Part shown: positions 1 to 11,847 of the stretch, one piece after another | Position numbering within the stretch: the first letter of the stretch is position 1 | Layout: each line of letters begins with the position of its first letter | Origin: Octopus vulgaris | Taxonomy: Eukaryota | Direction: 5' to 3' | Length of the DNA stretch: 64,000 nucleotides | NCBI GenBank assembly: GCA_951406725.2 | Contig: OX597817.1 | Span: 84,754,001-84,818,000 of the forward strand | Position numbers and translations under genes: made by a program | Notes under the pieces: model-generated | Database searches by the model: none | Told to the model about the DNA's origin: nothing | Seen by the model: only the letters and a program-made list of their open reading frames with translations

Positions 1-270
1 GCCGTTTCTAATGCCAACCACACAAAGAGCATAGTGGGTGCTTTTACAGGTGCCATTTGCGTGAAACCAAGAGTGCCAATTTGCTTGACATCAGTATCTG
101 CCACGACTGCAATTTTGCTCAGCTTGATGGGCCTTCTCAAGCGTGACATAATGTCAGAAGTCTTGGTCATTGCCTTCATAAAGCCCAACACTCGAAAGGA
201 ACTCAGTCACTATGCCTCCCTGAGGCCCAATGCCTGAAAGGAACTCAGCCACTTGGCCACTGTCAGGCCC
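1..270 (-). mobile_element. RTE-family LINE 3' tail fragment
   Basis: Reverse complement resembles the 3' end of the RTE copy near 10990-11230. Confidence 0.55.
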
Positions 271-288
271 ATATATATATATATTATG

Positions 289-341
<53 letters not shown>

Positions 342-343
<2 letters not shown>

Positions 344-448
344 GAATCCACTCATGGGATTCATCACGCTAGAAAAAACAGCTAGGCTTTTGTGGTTTTG
401 GAACTTAGCTGTTCTTTCTAGCATGTTGAATCCCACGAGTGGATTCCT
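342..448. repeat. Short fold-back element / MITE
   Basis: About 44-bp arms AGGAATCCACTCATGGGATTCA...TGAATCCCACGAGTGGATTCCT. Confidence 0.75.
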
Positions 449-769
449 TATGTGTTTAAATGTACACTGTATTTTGTAATACAAAGTCTATGGACTAAAT
501 TTTTACACACTAGGCCACTGGAAGTGAAAATTTCTATTAATTTCCATTTCCCTTTGATATGATGTTATATATATATATATACATATATATTTAAAAATAT
601 AAATTAAAAAATTTTAAATTTTAATTATTAAAATTTTATATTTTATATATATATTATATTAATTATATTTATTTTTTGTTTTTTATGTTTTGGTTTATGT
701 CTATCACTGTTTGAGTTGCCTAATAGTGGTTTTATCTCTAAATTAATTTATATATATATATGTATAAGA

Positions 770-1077
770 GCACTCGGTTATGACTGGGGGTGCCAGCTGA
801 TATAATCAATGAGACAACTTGCTTGTGAAATTAACATGCAAGTGGTTGAGCACTCCATGGACATGTGTATCCTTAATGCAGTTTTCAGGGAGATTCAGTG
901 TGTCACTGTGTAACAAGGCTGGCTCTTTGAAATACAGACACTACTTATTTTTGCGAGCTGAGTGGACTGGAGCAACGTGAAAATAAATTGTCTTGCTCAA
1001 GGACACAATGCATTGCCAGAAATCAAACTCATGACTTTATAATCGTGAACCAAATATCCCAATAACTAAGCCATGCT

Positions 1078-1078
<1 letters not shown>
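770..1078 (-). mobile_element. tRNA-derived SINE (same head and core as 36117-36439)
   Basis: Shared core gctgagtggactggagcaacgtgaaa...ttgctcaaggacacaa and tRNA-like head on minus; another copy at about 58500-58675. Confidence 0.7.
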
Positions 1079-1158
<80 letters not shown>

Positions 1159-1170
1159 CATACACATACG

Positions 1171-1212
<42 letters not shown>

Positions 1213-1268
1213 ATATACGTAAGTCATCTAAGACTGTTAGGTAACAATCCAATTATATTGTCTATCTA

Positions 1269-1348
1269 ACTCTAATGAGCATAAGGTTATATAATTGATT
1301 GTTACCTAACGTACCATTGTATCCCTTACACAAAACCAATTGGTAAGA
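1269..1348 (+). ncRNA. Degenerate hammerhead ribozyme (family of 21857 and 38760)
   Basis: CUAAUGA-G-CAUAAGG...CCUUACAC-AAAAC-CAAUUG-GUA-AGA; G5A and G12A core changes; preceded by a short inverted duplication at 1236-1258. Confidence 0.55.
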
Positions 1349-1420
1349 TCAGCCATGATGGATATATAATACTATACATTTTGGACAATATTTATATATA
1401 TATATGCACACACATGCATT

Positions 1421-1451
<31 letters not shown>

Positions 1452-1609
1452 TAAGTGAGATTCAGGTAAAACCCTTGTAGAATGCTGTACAAAGCTTGTC
1501 CGTAGTTATTGGCCACCCGATGTAATCATACAGTAGAAATGCACATGGTACTGGATATACTTCAGGAATTTCATAGTATTTGTAGAGTTTATATAAAGTG
1601 GCTATGTGA

Positions 1610-1628
1610 TAAGAAGCCTGCTGTATAC

Positions 1629-1660
<32 letters not shown>

Positions 1661-1870
1661 GTATGTATTTGTGTATCTGTGTTTGTTCCCCCACCATTGC
1701 TTGACAACCAATGTTGGTGTGTTTATGTTCCCATAACTTAGTGGTTTGACAAAAAAGACTAATAGAATAAGTACTAAGCTTACAAAGAATTAGTCCTGGG
1801 GTCAATTTGTTCAACTAAAGGTGATGCTCCAGCATGGCTGCAGTCAAATTGCTGAAACAAATAAAAGAAA
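1610..1870 (+). mobile_element. SINE 3' portion (family of 35425-35805)
   Basis: Similar to the reverse complement of 35425-35640 and to 59300-59525. Confidence 0.75.
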
Positions 1871-1912
1871 AACAACAGAAAATGGAATTAAGATTCTTTA
1901 TTCAAAATATTA

Positions 1913-1955
<43 letters not shown>

Positions 1956-2320
1956 GTATTATTATTACTGTTGTTATTATTATTATACATGAATGCAGCA
2001 AGCCTGGCAGAATCATTAGCATGTCAGAAAACATACTTAGCCGCATTTCTTAAAGCTCTTGCTTTCTGAGTTCAAGTTCTGTCAAGGTTGAATTAGCTAT
2101 CATTCTTTCAGTGTCGATAAAATAATGTAAGCTCATTAATTCCACTTTCTCTTCTTTATCTATCTGTCTTTCTGCCTGACTGTCTATATATATATGTGTG
2201 TGTGTGTGTGTATTTATATTTATATTTATATGAGAAAGAGAGAGAGATAGTAACCATCAACAAAGAAATAAACATGTTATGTCACTTAGGTTAGATTTTA
2301 TCATATGACTCAGTTAAAAA

Positions 2321-2340
2321 AACCTTAACCTAATATTCAG
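2321..2340 (+). promoter_or_regulatory. Candidate U12-type (minor spliceosome) branch point and 3' splice site
   Basis: CCTTAAC at 2323-2329, about 10 nt before the AG, with no polypyrimidine tract. Confidence 0.6.
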
Positions 2341-2515
2341 TATGTGTATAAGAGAGAGCTACGTATTATTGACTGGAAAGGAGCCAAAGTATATGTGATC
2401 ATTGCTCAAAGTGTTGATGATTCAATCAGTTTCCCTGAGAAATGGATGACAGTCAGAGTAGATGATTACTACCAAAGTTTGGTAATTAGTAAACAACCAG
2501 AAGGAGGTACAAAAG
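2341..2515 (+). CDS. PCTP: Phosphatidylcholine transfer protein (START domain), internal coding exon; upstream exons lie outside the window
   Basis: ttcAG|TATGTG acceptor and AAAG|GTAAT donor; translates YVYKRELRIIDWKGAKVYVIIAQSVDDSISFPEKWMTVRVDDYYQSLVISKQPEGGTK, resembling the PCTP segment YVYLRQRRDLDMEGRKIHVILARS...VIRVKQYKQSLAIESDGKKGSK; 175 nt, phase-1 end fits the next exon. Confidence 0.9.
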
Positions 2516-2799
2516 GTAATTCATTTTCTTATTTTCTTTTTCTATTTATCAAATAACATGGAATAATTGTTTTGCAGCTATAAATATAGGAAATTATAAT
2601 TTATTGATAAGATACATTACAAGTCATAGAATAAGATGGTAGTTTATGTCACAAATTGTCATCCATATTTTAACATGTGATAGATTGTGGTATGTACTTT
2701 TTAAATTCAATGTATTCAACATTGGAAATAACCATACTAATCACAGTATGAATAAATAGGGTGATTAAGAAAATATATGCAGTGCTAACAACTTGAAGT

Positions 2800-3910
2800 C
2801 ATTGGTGGACCCTGCCACCAGTTCCAGCCCCACCCTGACTCATCCTATTTCTGCAATTCCAATATTGCCTCTGCATTTGCATTCTCTATTATCAATTGTT
2901 TCAGCACTCTGGTCAAGGATGAGATTGATAACTGGGAGGTCTTCAAATTGAGCATCAACGAGTTTGCATGTGATGTCTCAGTAAACTCAAGACCTCTTCC
3001 CAAGTGATCCTGGATTTCACTACAGATGCTGGAGATAATCAACTGTCATAACAAGGCTTGCCTGCACTGCGACTTGAGTACTGTTGGCTCAATGGAATAT
3101 GCAACAAGGCCATTACAGATGACTGAGAGAAGTTCTGGGTGGAAGAAGCTGAGCACCTGGAAGCAATGACAAAGAGAAATAACCTCAGCCAAGTGTTCAA
3201 CATACTGCACAGAGCCCATGCCAGTCCTTAGTTCAAGACAGCTCTGGTGAAGGATACCAATGGCAACATCATCACTACAGAAACCGCCCACCTTAAACTC
3301 TGGAAGGAGCACTTCAGCCTTTTTCTTCTTCACCCACCTGTTCCAATTGATCCCAGCCTTATCATCACTGCACACTCAGCTGCAACGAACAACACTTGCA
3401 GACTTGATCCTGTCACCCCCAATGAAGACTGCTGCCCTGAAGAAGCTCAATGATTGCAAAGCCCCTGGAACCTGCACTTTTTCTGTGGTGATGTTGAAGG
3501 TGGACAGAGATAACATGGTCTAGTGGCTCACTTGCATCATTAACTGTGTATGGGTGTCAGAGCAGCTCCCAAATGACTGTACCTAGGGTATTAGCTTCCT
3601 CTTCTGGAAACAGAATGGCAATAAACTCAGCAGCAACCACAGGGGTATCACCCTCTTCTCCATCCCAGGCAAGCTCTTCACTAGGATCCTCCTCAACCAT
3701 GCTCTTTCCACCATCAGAAGCAGTTGCTGCCCACAACAAGCCAAATTATTGCCAAATCAATCTACCACCAACCATATTTTTGCCCTTCATCTCATTATTG
3801 AAAGATCTTGGGAGTTCCACAAAGATCAATACCTTTACATCACCTTTGTCAACCTCAAGGTGGCATCTGACACAGTCAACCCTGCATACCTCTGGAAAAT
3901 TCAGAGGTTT
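2800..3910 (+). mobile_element. Degenerate RTE-clade LINE ORF fragment
   Basis: Frameshifted motifs KDTNGNIIT..LKLWKEHFS, KKLNDCKAPG, NHRGITLFSIPGKLFTRIL, STTNHIFALHLIIERSWEF..LYITFVNLKVASDTV. Confidence 0.85.
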
Positions 3911-4686
3911 CTCCCTCTCTCCTTTTCACCTGTCTCAGAGGCCTCATAAAGATTCATGGACACAGGCTTCCCTTCTGACAAAAAGATAAAAAAGAAAAAT
4001 GGTAATTCCAACTCTTACAAACTAAAACACATTTGGAATATTGCTTATTCTATGTGTGTCAGCTGTCAGCTTGATGATTATTTTATGACAGATAAATGAT
4101 CCATAAATTGATTCCTGACATACTAAAAGTGTTCTCATGTTTCACAAATTCTGGTGAAAACTGTCAAATTACAGTTCTATCATCATTTCAGTTGATTATT
4201 GGTTATTGTACACTACCTTCTGTCAGTAGAATGACAGCAGTATTCAAATATAGTAATTTGTTGGTTTCATTATAAATGTGTGTAATACTAGAAATTTAAT
4301 ACAAAACATCACAATCAAAATTGGGTACTAGCATTACACTCAAGATTTTTAAAAAGTATGGATAAAAGGGGATAGACTATTTTACTGAGTTTTAGATACA
4401 CTTAGCTGTGGCAGGATGCATTACATTTGAGATAACATATGATTTTTGTAAATACTATGATATTCCATATAAGTGGATACAGCTGAGACAGTGGTGTCTC
4501 AGACTAAAAGCTTTAAAGTATTTAGTTTTTATACTTATATCCAATTGTGCAATCTTGAGCATGTCTCTTCTATTATAGCCCTGGGCCAAACAGAGTCTTG
4601 TGAATGGATTTTGTAGATAGAAACTACACAGAAGCCTGTTATGTTTTCTGTATGTGTGTGTGTGTGTAGTGTATATATAAATATAA

Positions 4687-4718
<32 letters not shown>

Positions 4719-4719
4719 T

Positions 4720-4761
<42 letters not shown>

Positions 4762-4763
<2 letters not shown>

Positions 4764-5650
4764 ATATTTCAGAATGGTCATATTGCCAGTTTAGCCAATA
4801 AAAACACACGCACTATATATTTGGTGTTATATTGCTTCAGTGATATTTATTTTTTACATTAATCTTAATCTTATTTCGGCCAGAGTTCTTTCGTCACACT
4901 CCTGTGACCGCATCAGTGGTCCTTTGTTTTCTTCTCACTTATTTGTGTCTCTCCTTACTAACCGTCAGCCATTTTGTATTTCTATTGTATGTCTTCATTT
5001 GCGCATGCTTATATCTCTATGTGCGTCTATGTTTATTTAGTGTGTGGGGGGGGATGCCTGTAATATTTGTATCTTCTGTTTATATACATTCATGTAATTT
5101 GTATTTTGTTTTTGTTGTTGCTTTTGTTCTAATTTTGTTCATGTGTTTACATCCACCCATTATTATCATTACATATGCTTGTATGTATGTATAACAACAT
5201 TATTATTATTAATATTGTTGTTATACATACATACAAGCATATGTAATGATAATAATGGGTGGATGTAAACACATGAACAAAATTAGAACAAAAGCAACAA
5301 AAACAAAATACAAATTACATGAATGTATATAAACAGAAGATACAAATATTACAGGCATCCCCCCACACACACACTAAATAAACATAGACGCACATAGATA
5401 TAAGCATGTGCAAATGAAGACATACAATAGAAATACAAAATGGCTGACGGTTAGTAAGGAGAGACACAAATAAGTGAGAAGAAAACAAAGGACCACTGAT
5501 GCGGTCACAGGAGTGTGACGAAAGAACTCTGGCCGAAATAAGATTAAGATTAATGTAAAAAATAAATATCACTGAAGCAATATAACACCAAATATATAGT
5601 GCGTGTGTTTTTATTGGCTAAACTGGCAATATGACCATTCTGAAATATAA
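4762..5650. repeat. 889-bp near-perfect palindrome (about 438-bp arms, about 16-nt spacer) in a PCTP intron; Penelope-type terminal repeat with a hammerhead-like motif in each arm
   Basis: 4762-5199 is the reverse complement of about 5216-5650 with few differences; near-identical ORFs appear on both strands; related single copy at 36618-36770. Confidence 0.95.
5490..5534 (+). ncRNA. Minimal type-I hammerhead-like motif (A9C variant); mirror copy 4878-4922 on minus
   Basis: GGACCA-CUGAUGC-G-GUCAC-aggagu-GUGAC-GAAA-G-aa-CUC-UGGCC. Confidence 0.6.
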
Positions 5651-5722
5651 TAATATCTGTTTCAACACACAACTTCACATAAAAAATCTTGCACAACAAA
5701 TATTTAAACGTATATATATATA

Positions 5723-5780
<58 letters not shown>

Positions 5781-5784
5781 TATA

Positions 5785-5829
<45 letters not shown>

Positions 5830-6455
5830 TTATGTATGTATATATATATATATACACACACATATATATACAGGGTGCGATGGGTAAATTGTCACCTTTA
5901 TATGTATATATATATATGATGTTGAGGAGGAGGGTTGGAGGATGGTAGTGCTTGTGGTGATGCTGACAACAAAGGTGATGACAACAATACTGTCACTAGG
6001 TTCAAATCTCCAGTAATCTTTGAATTTAAAACCTTTAAATAGTTTCTAAATCTTTTAATTATTATAACAAAGGGACATTTTTTTATTGTACTTAACCCTA
6101 TTGCTTTTACTCTTTTATTTATTTATTTTGTTTTGGTACTAATTGGTAAGATTTGGACAAAATATTAAAAAAATTTTTTCGTAATATTTGAAACTTTCAT
6201 TTGTTGATGGGAAAACATTATAACCTCAACAAAATCTTCAAGTCTCAGTTTTGGTAAATTTTGAATTTGAGTTCATAGATGAAATCAGTCATTAACAGAA
6301 TGGATAGAGGCCAGAGGATTTAGGATTATTGATTGAAAAGCACAATAAAGTCCTTCTCTCTCTCTTTCCCGCTTTCTCCCTCCTCACTGTCTCACACAGA
6401 TACACACATATACATAAATGCAATACTGTATTATAATATCTCTCTTCTATTTTAG

Positions 6456-6523
6456 TTTTCATGCAATATTATGATGATCCGAAAGGCATGATCCCAACTT
6501 GGTTAATCAACTGGGCTGCAAAG
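6456..6523 (+). CDS. PCTP: PCTP penultimate coding exon
   Basis: Pyrimidine tract then tttAG acceptor, AAG|GT donor; with the carried G it reads VFMQYYDDPKGMIPTWLINWAAK (PCTP VFMYYFDNPGGQIPSWLINWAAK); not in the ORF track. Confidence 0.93.
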
Positions 6524-7651
6524 GTTTGTATCCATTCTAAAAACAAATTTATTTTCAAAATAAAAAGTAAAATTACAGCAAATTGGGTTACACTTTTTAT
6601 TAGAATGTTAATCTAGAAGCAACCAAAGACTTTGACATAATTCATAACATTTCCAACTCACACATTTTTTGAAAATGTTTCATTAAAATAAAATACTTTT
6701 TCTTTTAATCTATGTTCTTTTCAATATCCATTGTTTTTGAAGGAAATTTATATTAGTCATGGTTTATAAGTAGAGTGTGGCACTGGAAATTTGATTTTAT
6801 ATCTTATTGCTCATTTCCTTGCAGATTTGCTTTATTATTTGATTTGTTAAAACTTCTACAGTTTAGTCTTAGTAACAGGGACAATGCTTACAGTTCTTAA
6901 GGGCCTTCTTAGAATTGTGAGAAGGATTGAGTTGGTGTTCCTATTAACTTTCTGCAGATTAATGATTAGAAGGGAAATATGGACAGGAAGATAGTTGAAA
7001 AGGAAGATTGTTAAAAGTGATTAATAAAGTGTTAGTGGGGTGAAACACTGTAGGGATGGTAAAAGTAGGAAAGGCAGGTATATTGAGTAGGAATGGTATG
7101 CAGTTAGTATAGCATTTTGGTGAGAAAAGGCTTGGCTTTATAGATGTATACCACTAACTCTAATAATTCACTACAGTACATAGCCAAAAGATTGAAGAAA
7201 TTAAAAGAAATGGTGGTATTCATCTTGAAAAGGTGGTTAGCATGCAGTGATAGTCAATAGCTGCAGATGATGTGCAAACAAGTGGAACTCATATGAACTA
7301 GCAGTTCCACCACTGGTGCTGAATGTTTTTCAGACTTTTTAGCACTACATCTCTATATGAGGTGCTTTCTCAATATGAATGTCACTGTGTTTTAGAATTC
7401 TTATTATTCTCATACCGCTTTTTTTAATGTCCTCCTTCAAAATAAATTCCTTTAGCCTCAATAGTTTCTTTAACATTTTGTCTCACATCTTTCGATCTAT
7501 ACATACACTTTATATAATCTGTATATACATATACCACATATAAATATTCTATGTATTATATGATATATATATATACTTTACATAGAGTGCATTCTATTAT
7601 ATTATATAATATATATATACATACATATATATATATATTTTTATATATATA

Positions 7652-7694
<43 letters not shown>

Positions 7695-8508
7695 TACACT
7701 TTATATACAGTACATACACACATATTTCATATGTGGATTTTGTTCAGAGAGAAACCTGTTGTTACTATATGTAACATTTCACTGAATTTCTAAATTATTA
7801 ATACTTGTGTCACTATTTCTATTTCATTTGAACTGTCTTGTTAATGTCACTGAGGTGATCAAATAAATTTGCCATATCCTACAGGCTATATTCTTCATTA
7901 CATACTAAGATCTAATGCCAGATATTCCAGTTTCATCAGCTGCATTTAAAAACCTGGTTCAGGAATGATTCCTTGATGGCTTTCCAGAAATCTCCAAGGA
8001 CCTTTTTGTGAATACATCATTTGCAGTGACTACATAGAATTGTGTATTTGCTTAGTCTCATCTTACTTATTAAGATTCCACTGGATAGTTCTCTAAAACT
8101 AGCTATAACTTCTGTGTTTGTTGTGACCACTTTTGAGCCTTTTGACTGTGATCTGTTATTTTGATTTTTCCAACAATTCTTTGATAGAGTCTGAAATGTA
8201 AAACAAATCATCAATGCTTAACCCGTGTGTTGTCATATTTCTGTTCAAATTTAGTTTTTGTTTCGACTAATTTTGGAAAACTTGAAGAATTTATCAAAAT
8301 AATTTTGCCATTATTAAGCTTCTTGTTATTCTTAATAAAGAACATCTCAGGCAAATTAGATATGTAAAATGTATAAATTAGGTTAATTAGACAAAGGATG
8401 AATTAAATAAACAAGGTAAATTCTTAAATTGCTATAAAATTGCATTTTTTTTTTTGCTCTAGTAGATGTTTGTTATTTAGATTTATTTTCTTTCATTCTT
8501 TTTTTCAG

Positions 8509-8595
8509 ACGGCTGTCCCAGCATTCTTGACACAAATGAGCACAGCTTGCAAAAATTATCCAAAATATCTTAAATCAAAAGCTGACAAAAATTGA
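8509..8595 (+). CDS. PCTP: PCTP last coding exon
   Basis: Long pyrimidine tract tttttcAG; TAVPAFLTQMSTACKNYPKYLKSKADKN* matches the START C-terminal helix (GVPNFLKDMARACQNY); phase 0 is consistent; AATAAA at 8785 and 9764 downstream. Confidence 0.92.
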   Translation, partial: TAVPAFLTQMSTACKNYPKYLKSKADKN

Positions 8596-9169
8596 CAAAA
8601 TTTTGCATTTATAAGTTTATATTGAAAGTTTACTTTTTAAATTTCAGTTATTTCTGTACCTTTCTATACTGTTAATAGTTTCACTAGTGAAAAGGAAAGC
8701 ATTGCTGCTTTCCTTCATCAGAATACAGAAATAATATTGTGTGAGTTCAGTTTTCCAACACTTTTAGGAAGTTCACTTTTTCAAAATAAATGTATAACTT
8801 CATTTTGATATTTTAAAAAATTAACACATTCCTGTATTTACAACAGGCACATTTCTGTCTGTACTAAGTATGGCCAAAGATTTTCAAATGTGCTATTTAC
8901 AACAAAAGGTTATGGGTTCACTCTACCACTTGTTGCATGTATATGTATATATATATATGTGTGTGTAAAATATGTCACTCCAGAATAGCTAAATAATGCA
9001 CCATGGAAAATGTGTAAATAATTACAAATCAAAACAGTCACCAGTCAAAGAAACTTGTATACATTTTAAATTTATGTTCCTTTGCTGGTTTTAATCATTG
9101 AGCTGTGACCATCTTAGTGTACAGTTTTCAAGGGTTTTAGTAAATTATATCAATCAATATAATATATAT

Positions 9170-9320
9170 ATGTGTATATATATATATGCAATGATATATA
9201 TATATATATGCAATGATATATATATATATATGCAATGATATATATATATGTAATGATATATATATATATATATATATATGTAATGATATATATATATATA
9301 TATATATATGCAATGATATA
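9170..9320. repeat. Compound microsatellite (TA)n punctuated by G(C/T)AATG
   Basis: About six GCAATGATATA/GTAATGATATA units, inside a SINE remnant. Confidence 0.8.
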
Positions 9321-10119
9321 GATATCCATTGAGCTTCTACACAGTTTCCATCTATCAAATTTCACTTATAAAGCTGTAGTAGGAGACACTTTCCCAAAGT
9401 TCTGTACAGTGTGATTGAACCCTGAATGCAGCAATTGAAAAACAAACTTCTTAACCACATGGTCATAAACTCTCTCTTTTGTTTATATTCTTCTTTGTAT
9501 TTACATTATTTTCTGCGCACAACACCAAATAGGAAATGAACAGTTCACAGATATTTGGTAATTAAAGGTGGATTACTTAAAATTCATTTATCTTCAACTT
9601 AATTCATTACAGATTATAGAAAAATCATTCCATATAGTGGCTGTGAAATAATAAAAACAAATTGTTTTTTATTATTGGTTTATAGTCTGCCTAAGACAAA
9701 TGTAGTACCAGTGATAGTAATTTTTTATACTTATCTAGTACTACCAACTTACTATTGTTATTTAATAAAATTAAACAAAAAAAATTTTGATATTTTTTCT
9801 TTCTTTTAGTGTCATGTTTTTATGTCTATAGAAAATAATATGGAAAACCATGCAAATACACAACAGTACATGGTAATTATATATATATATGTGTGTGTGT
9901 GTGTGTTTGCATTTGTGCATGTGTGTGTTTGTCTTTGTGTATGTGAATGTATATATGTATGTCTATATGTATGTGTGGGTTTAGCAGAACAAGCGGGATA
10001 AATAGAACTCAGTACATGAGTATAAATATTATTTTTTCTTTAATCAGCAGAAATTACAAAGCAACTCAAGAGTTGAGAGTTTCATGCATGGTACTTGTCA
10101 GGTGATTAAAACAAAATCA

Positions 10120-10153
<34 letters not shown>

Positions 10154-10577
10154 TTTGTTTTTGGATTTGGCTTGCAAGATTCTTTATGTGAGTTCGTCTG
10201 TTGAAGCATATTCTATTGTGTCTGGAGAGAGTCATTCTTTTTTAGTGCTTTATAATTTAACACGCTCACTGGTAAAATTTCCACTCATTTAACTATTTAT
10301 TTTTCTAAAATTTTCATTGCGTTTTGCAACCTTTCCAATAGTTATTGACTCTGTCCGTTATTCAAGCTGCATTCTTTTTGTTTGTTTGTGCATATGTGTA
10401 TGAGTCAGTGTGCGTGCACATACACGTGTGTATGTATGTATGTATGCATGTATGAATGTGTGTGCGTGCACATGTATATATGTATGTGTGTACATTTCTA
10501 TGTATGTATTCTGCATATTCATGTGTTTGTGTGATCGTGTTTGTGTTTTCATGTGTGTTTTTATGTGTTTGAATAAA

Positions 10578-11240
10578 AATAGCCTGGGCAAAGTTCAGAG
10601 AGCTCCTAACACTGCTGGTGACAAAGGGCCTCTCACTCAGAGTAAAAGGTAGACTATATGACGCATATGTACGTACAGCCATGCTAAATAGCAGTGAAAC
10701 ATGGGCCGTGACTGCTGAGGACATGCATAAGCTTGCAAGGAATGAAACAAGTATGCACCTCTGGATGTGTAATGTCAGTGTGCATACCCGACAGAGTGTA
10801 AGCGCCCTGAGAGAAAATTTGGATTTAAGAAGCATCAGATATGGTGTGCAAAACAGTTGACTGCGTTGATATGGTCATATGTAGTGAATGAGTGAGGAAA
10901 CTGTGAAAAAGTGTCACACCCTAGCAGTTGAGGGAACCTGTGGAAAAGGTAGACCCAGGAAGACCTGGATGAGGTGATGATGCACAACCTTCGAACATTG
11001 GGCCTTACTGAAGCAATGACTAGTGACCAACACCTTTGGAGATATGCTGTGCTAGTGAAGACCCAACAAGCCAAGTGAGACTATAGCCCGTGGTCTATGC
11101 CAGTGGGTGTAACCAGCCTATTTATGAATGTCCCTCATTCACTGGACAATAAACTTTGCTTGTGAAGACCTATTGGGCAAGGGAAATCAAAATCAAAATC
11201 ACTGACGTGGCCAATGACAGTACCGCTTGATTGGCACTTG
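10578..11240 (+). mobile_element. RTE-clade LINE 3' fragment
   Basis: AWAKFRELL..KGLSLRVKGRLYDAYVRTAMLNSSETWAVTAEDMHKLARNETSM..LR*YGH. Confidence 0.85.
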
Positions 11241-11249
11241 TGCCAGTGG

Positions 11250-11520
11250 AACGTTGAAAGCAATTCCAAGCATGGGGTGTAGCAGCATCACCATCAAAAT
11301 ACTGGACCAGATATAGCAACAGCTTGGGCTTCAAGAGCCCACAGCTCTTTAATATCCTTCTAAAATGCTTGATAGATCTGAATGGTGTGGATGTAAGTGT
11401 CTTTAAAACAAAATTGATATGGGTTCTAGACAAGCCTACCTCCCGTAAACACAGATAAGGGCAGCAGCATCAAACTCCCTCATTTACCAAATTCCACATA
11501 TCAGAGGAGGTTCCAAATAA
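11250..11520 (+). mobile_element. CR1-type LINE 3' end fragment
   Basis: RYSNSLGFKSPQLFNIL...VFKTKL...AASNSLIYQ, similar to the C-terminus of the 11890 ORF. Confidence 0.6.
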
Positions 11521-11811
11521 TGGCTTAGATTAGTCCACATATATATATATATAGTGTAATAAATAAAATATATGCATACATACAAACATATGTATGTACC
11601 TACATCTACATGCATATATAAATATATACGTAAGTACAGGACACCACAACTAGACGTAGAACTCAACGAGAAATGAAAACGGAAAAACAAGCATGGAACA
11701 AACCATTTTTTTACAACAGAAAAACAGAGTATATAAATATATGTATTTATACATATATATATACACATACATATATATTATATTATACATATATATTGTT
11801 ATATATATATT

Positions 11812-11846
<35 letters not shown>

Positions 11847-11847
11847 T

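Noticed and set aside
515-560. Sequence vaguely like the PCTP WEVKYPFP exon
   Set aside because: No open frame to NRD and no splice sites.
867-875. GTATCCTT resembling a U12 donor upstream of the PCTP exon
   Set aside because: Lies inside a SINE and no START-domain coding sequence precedes it.
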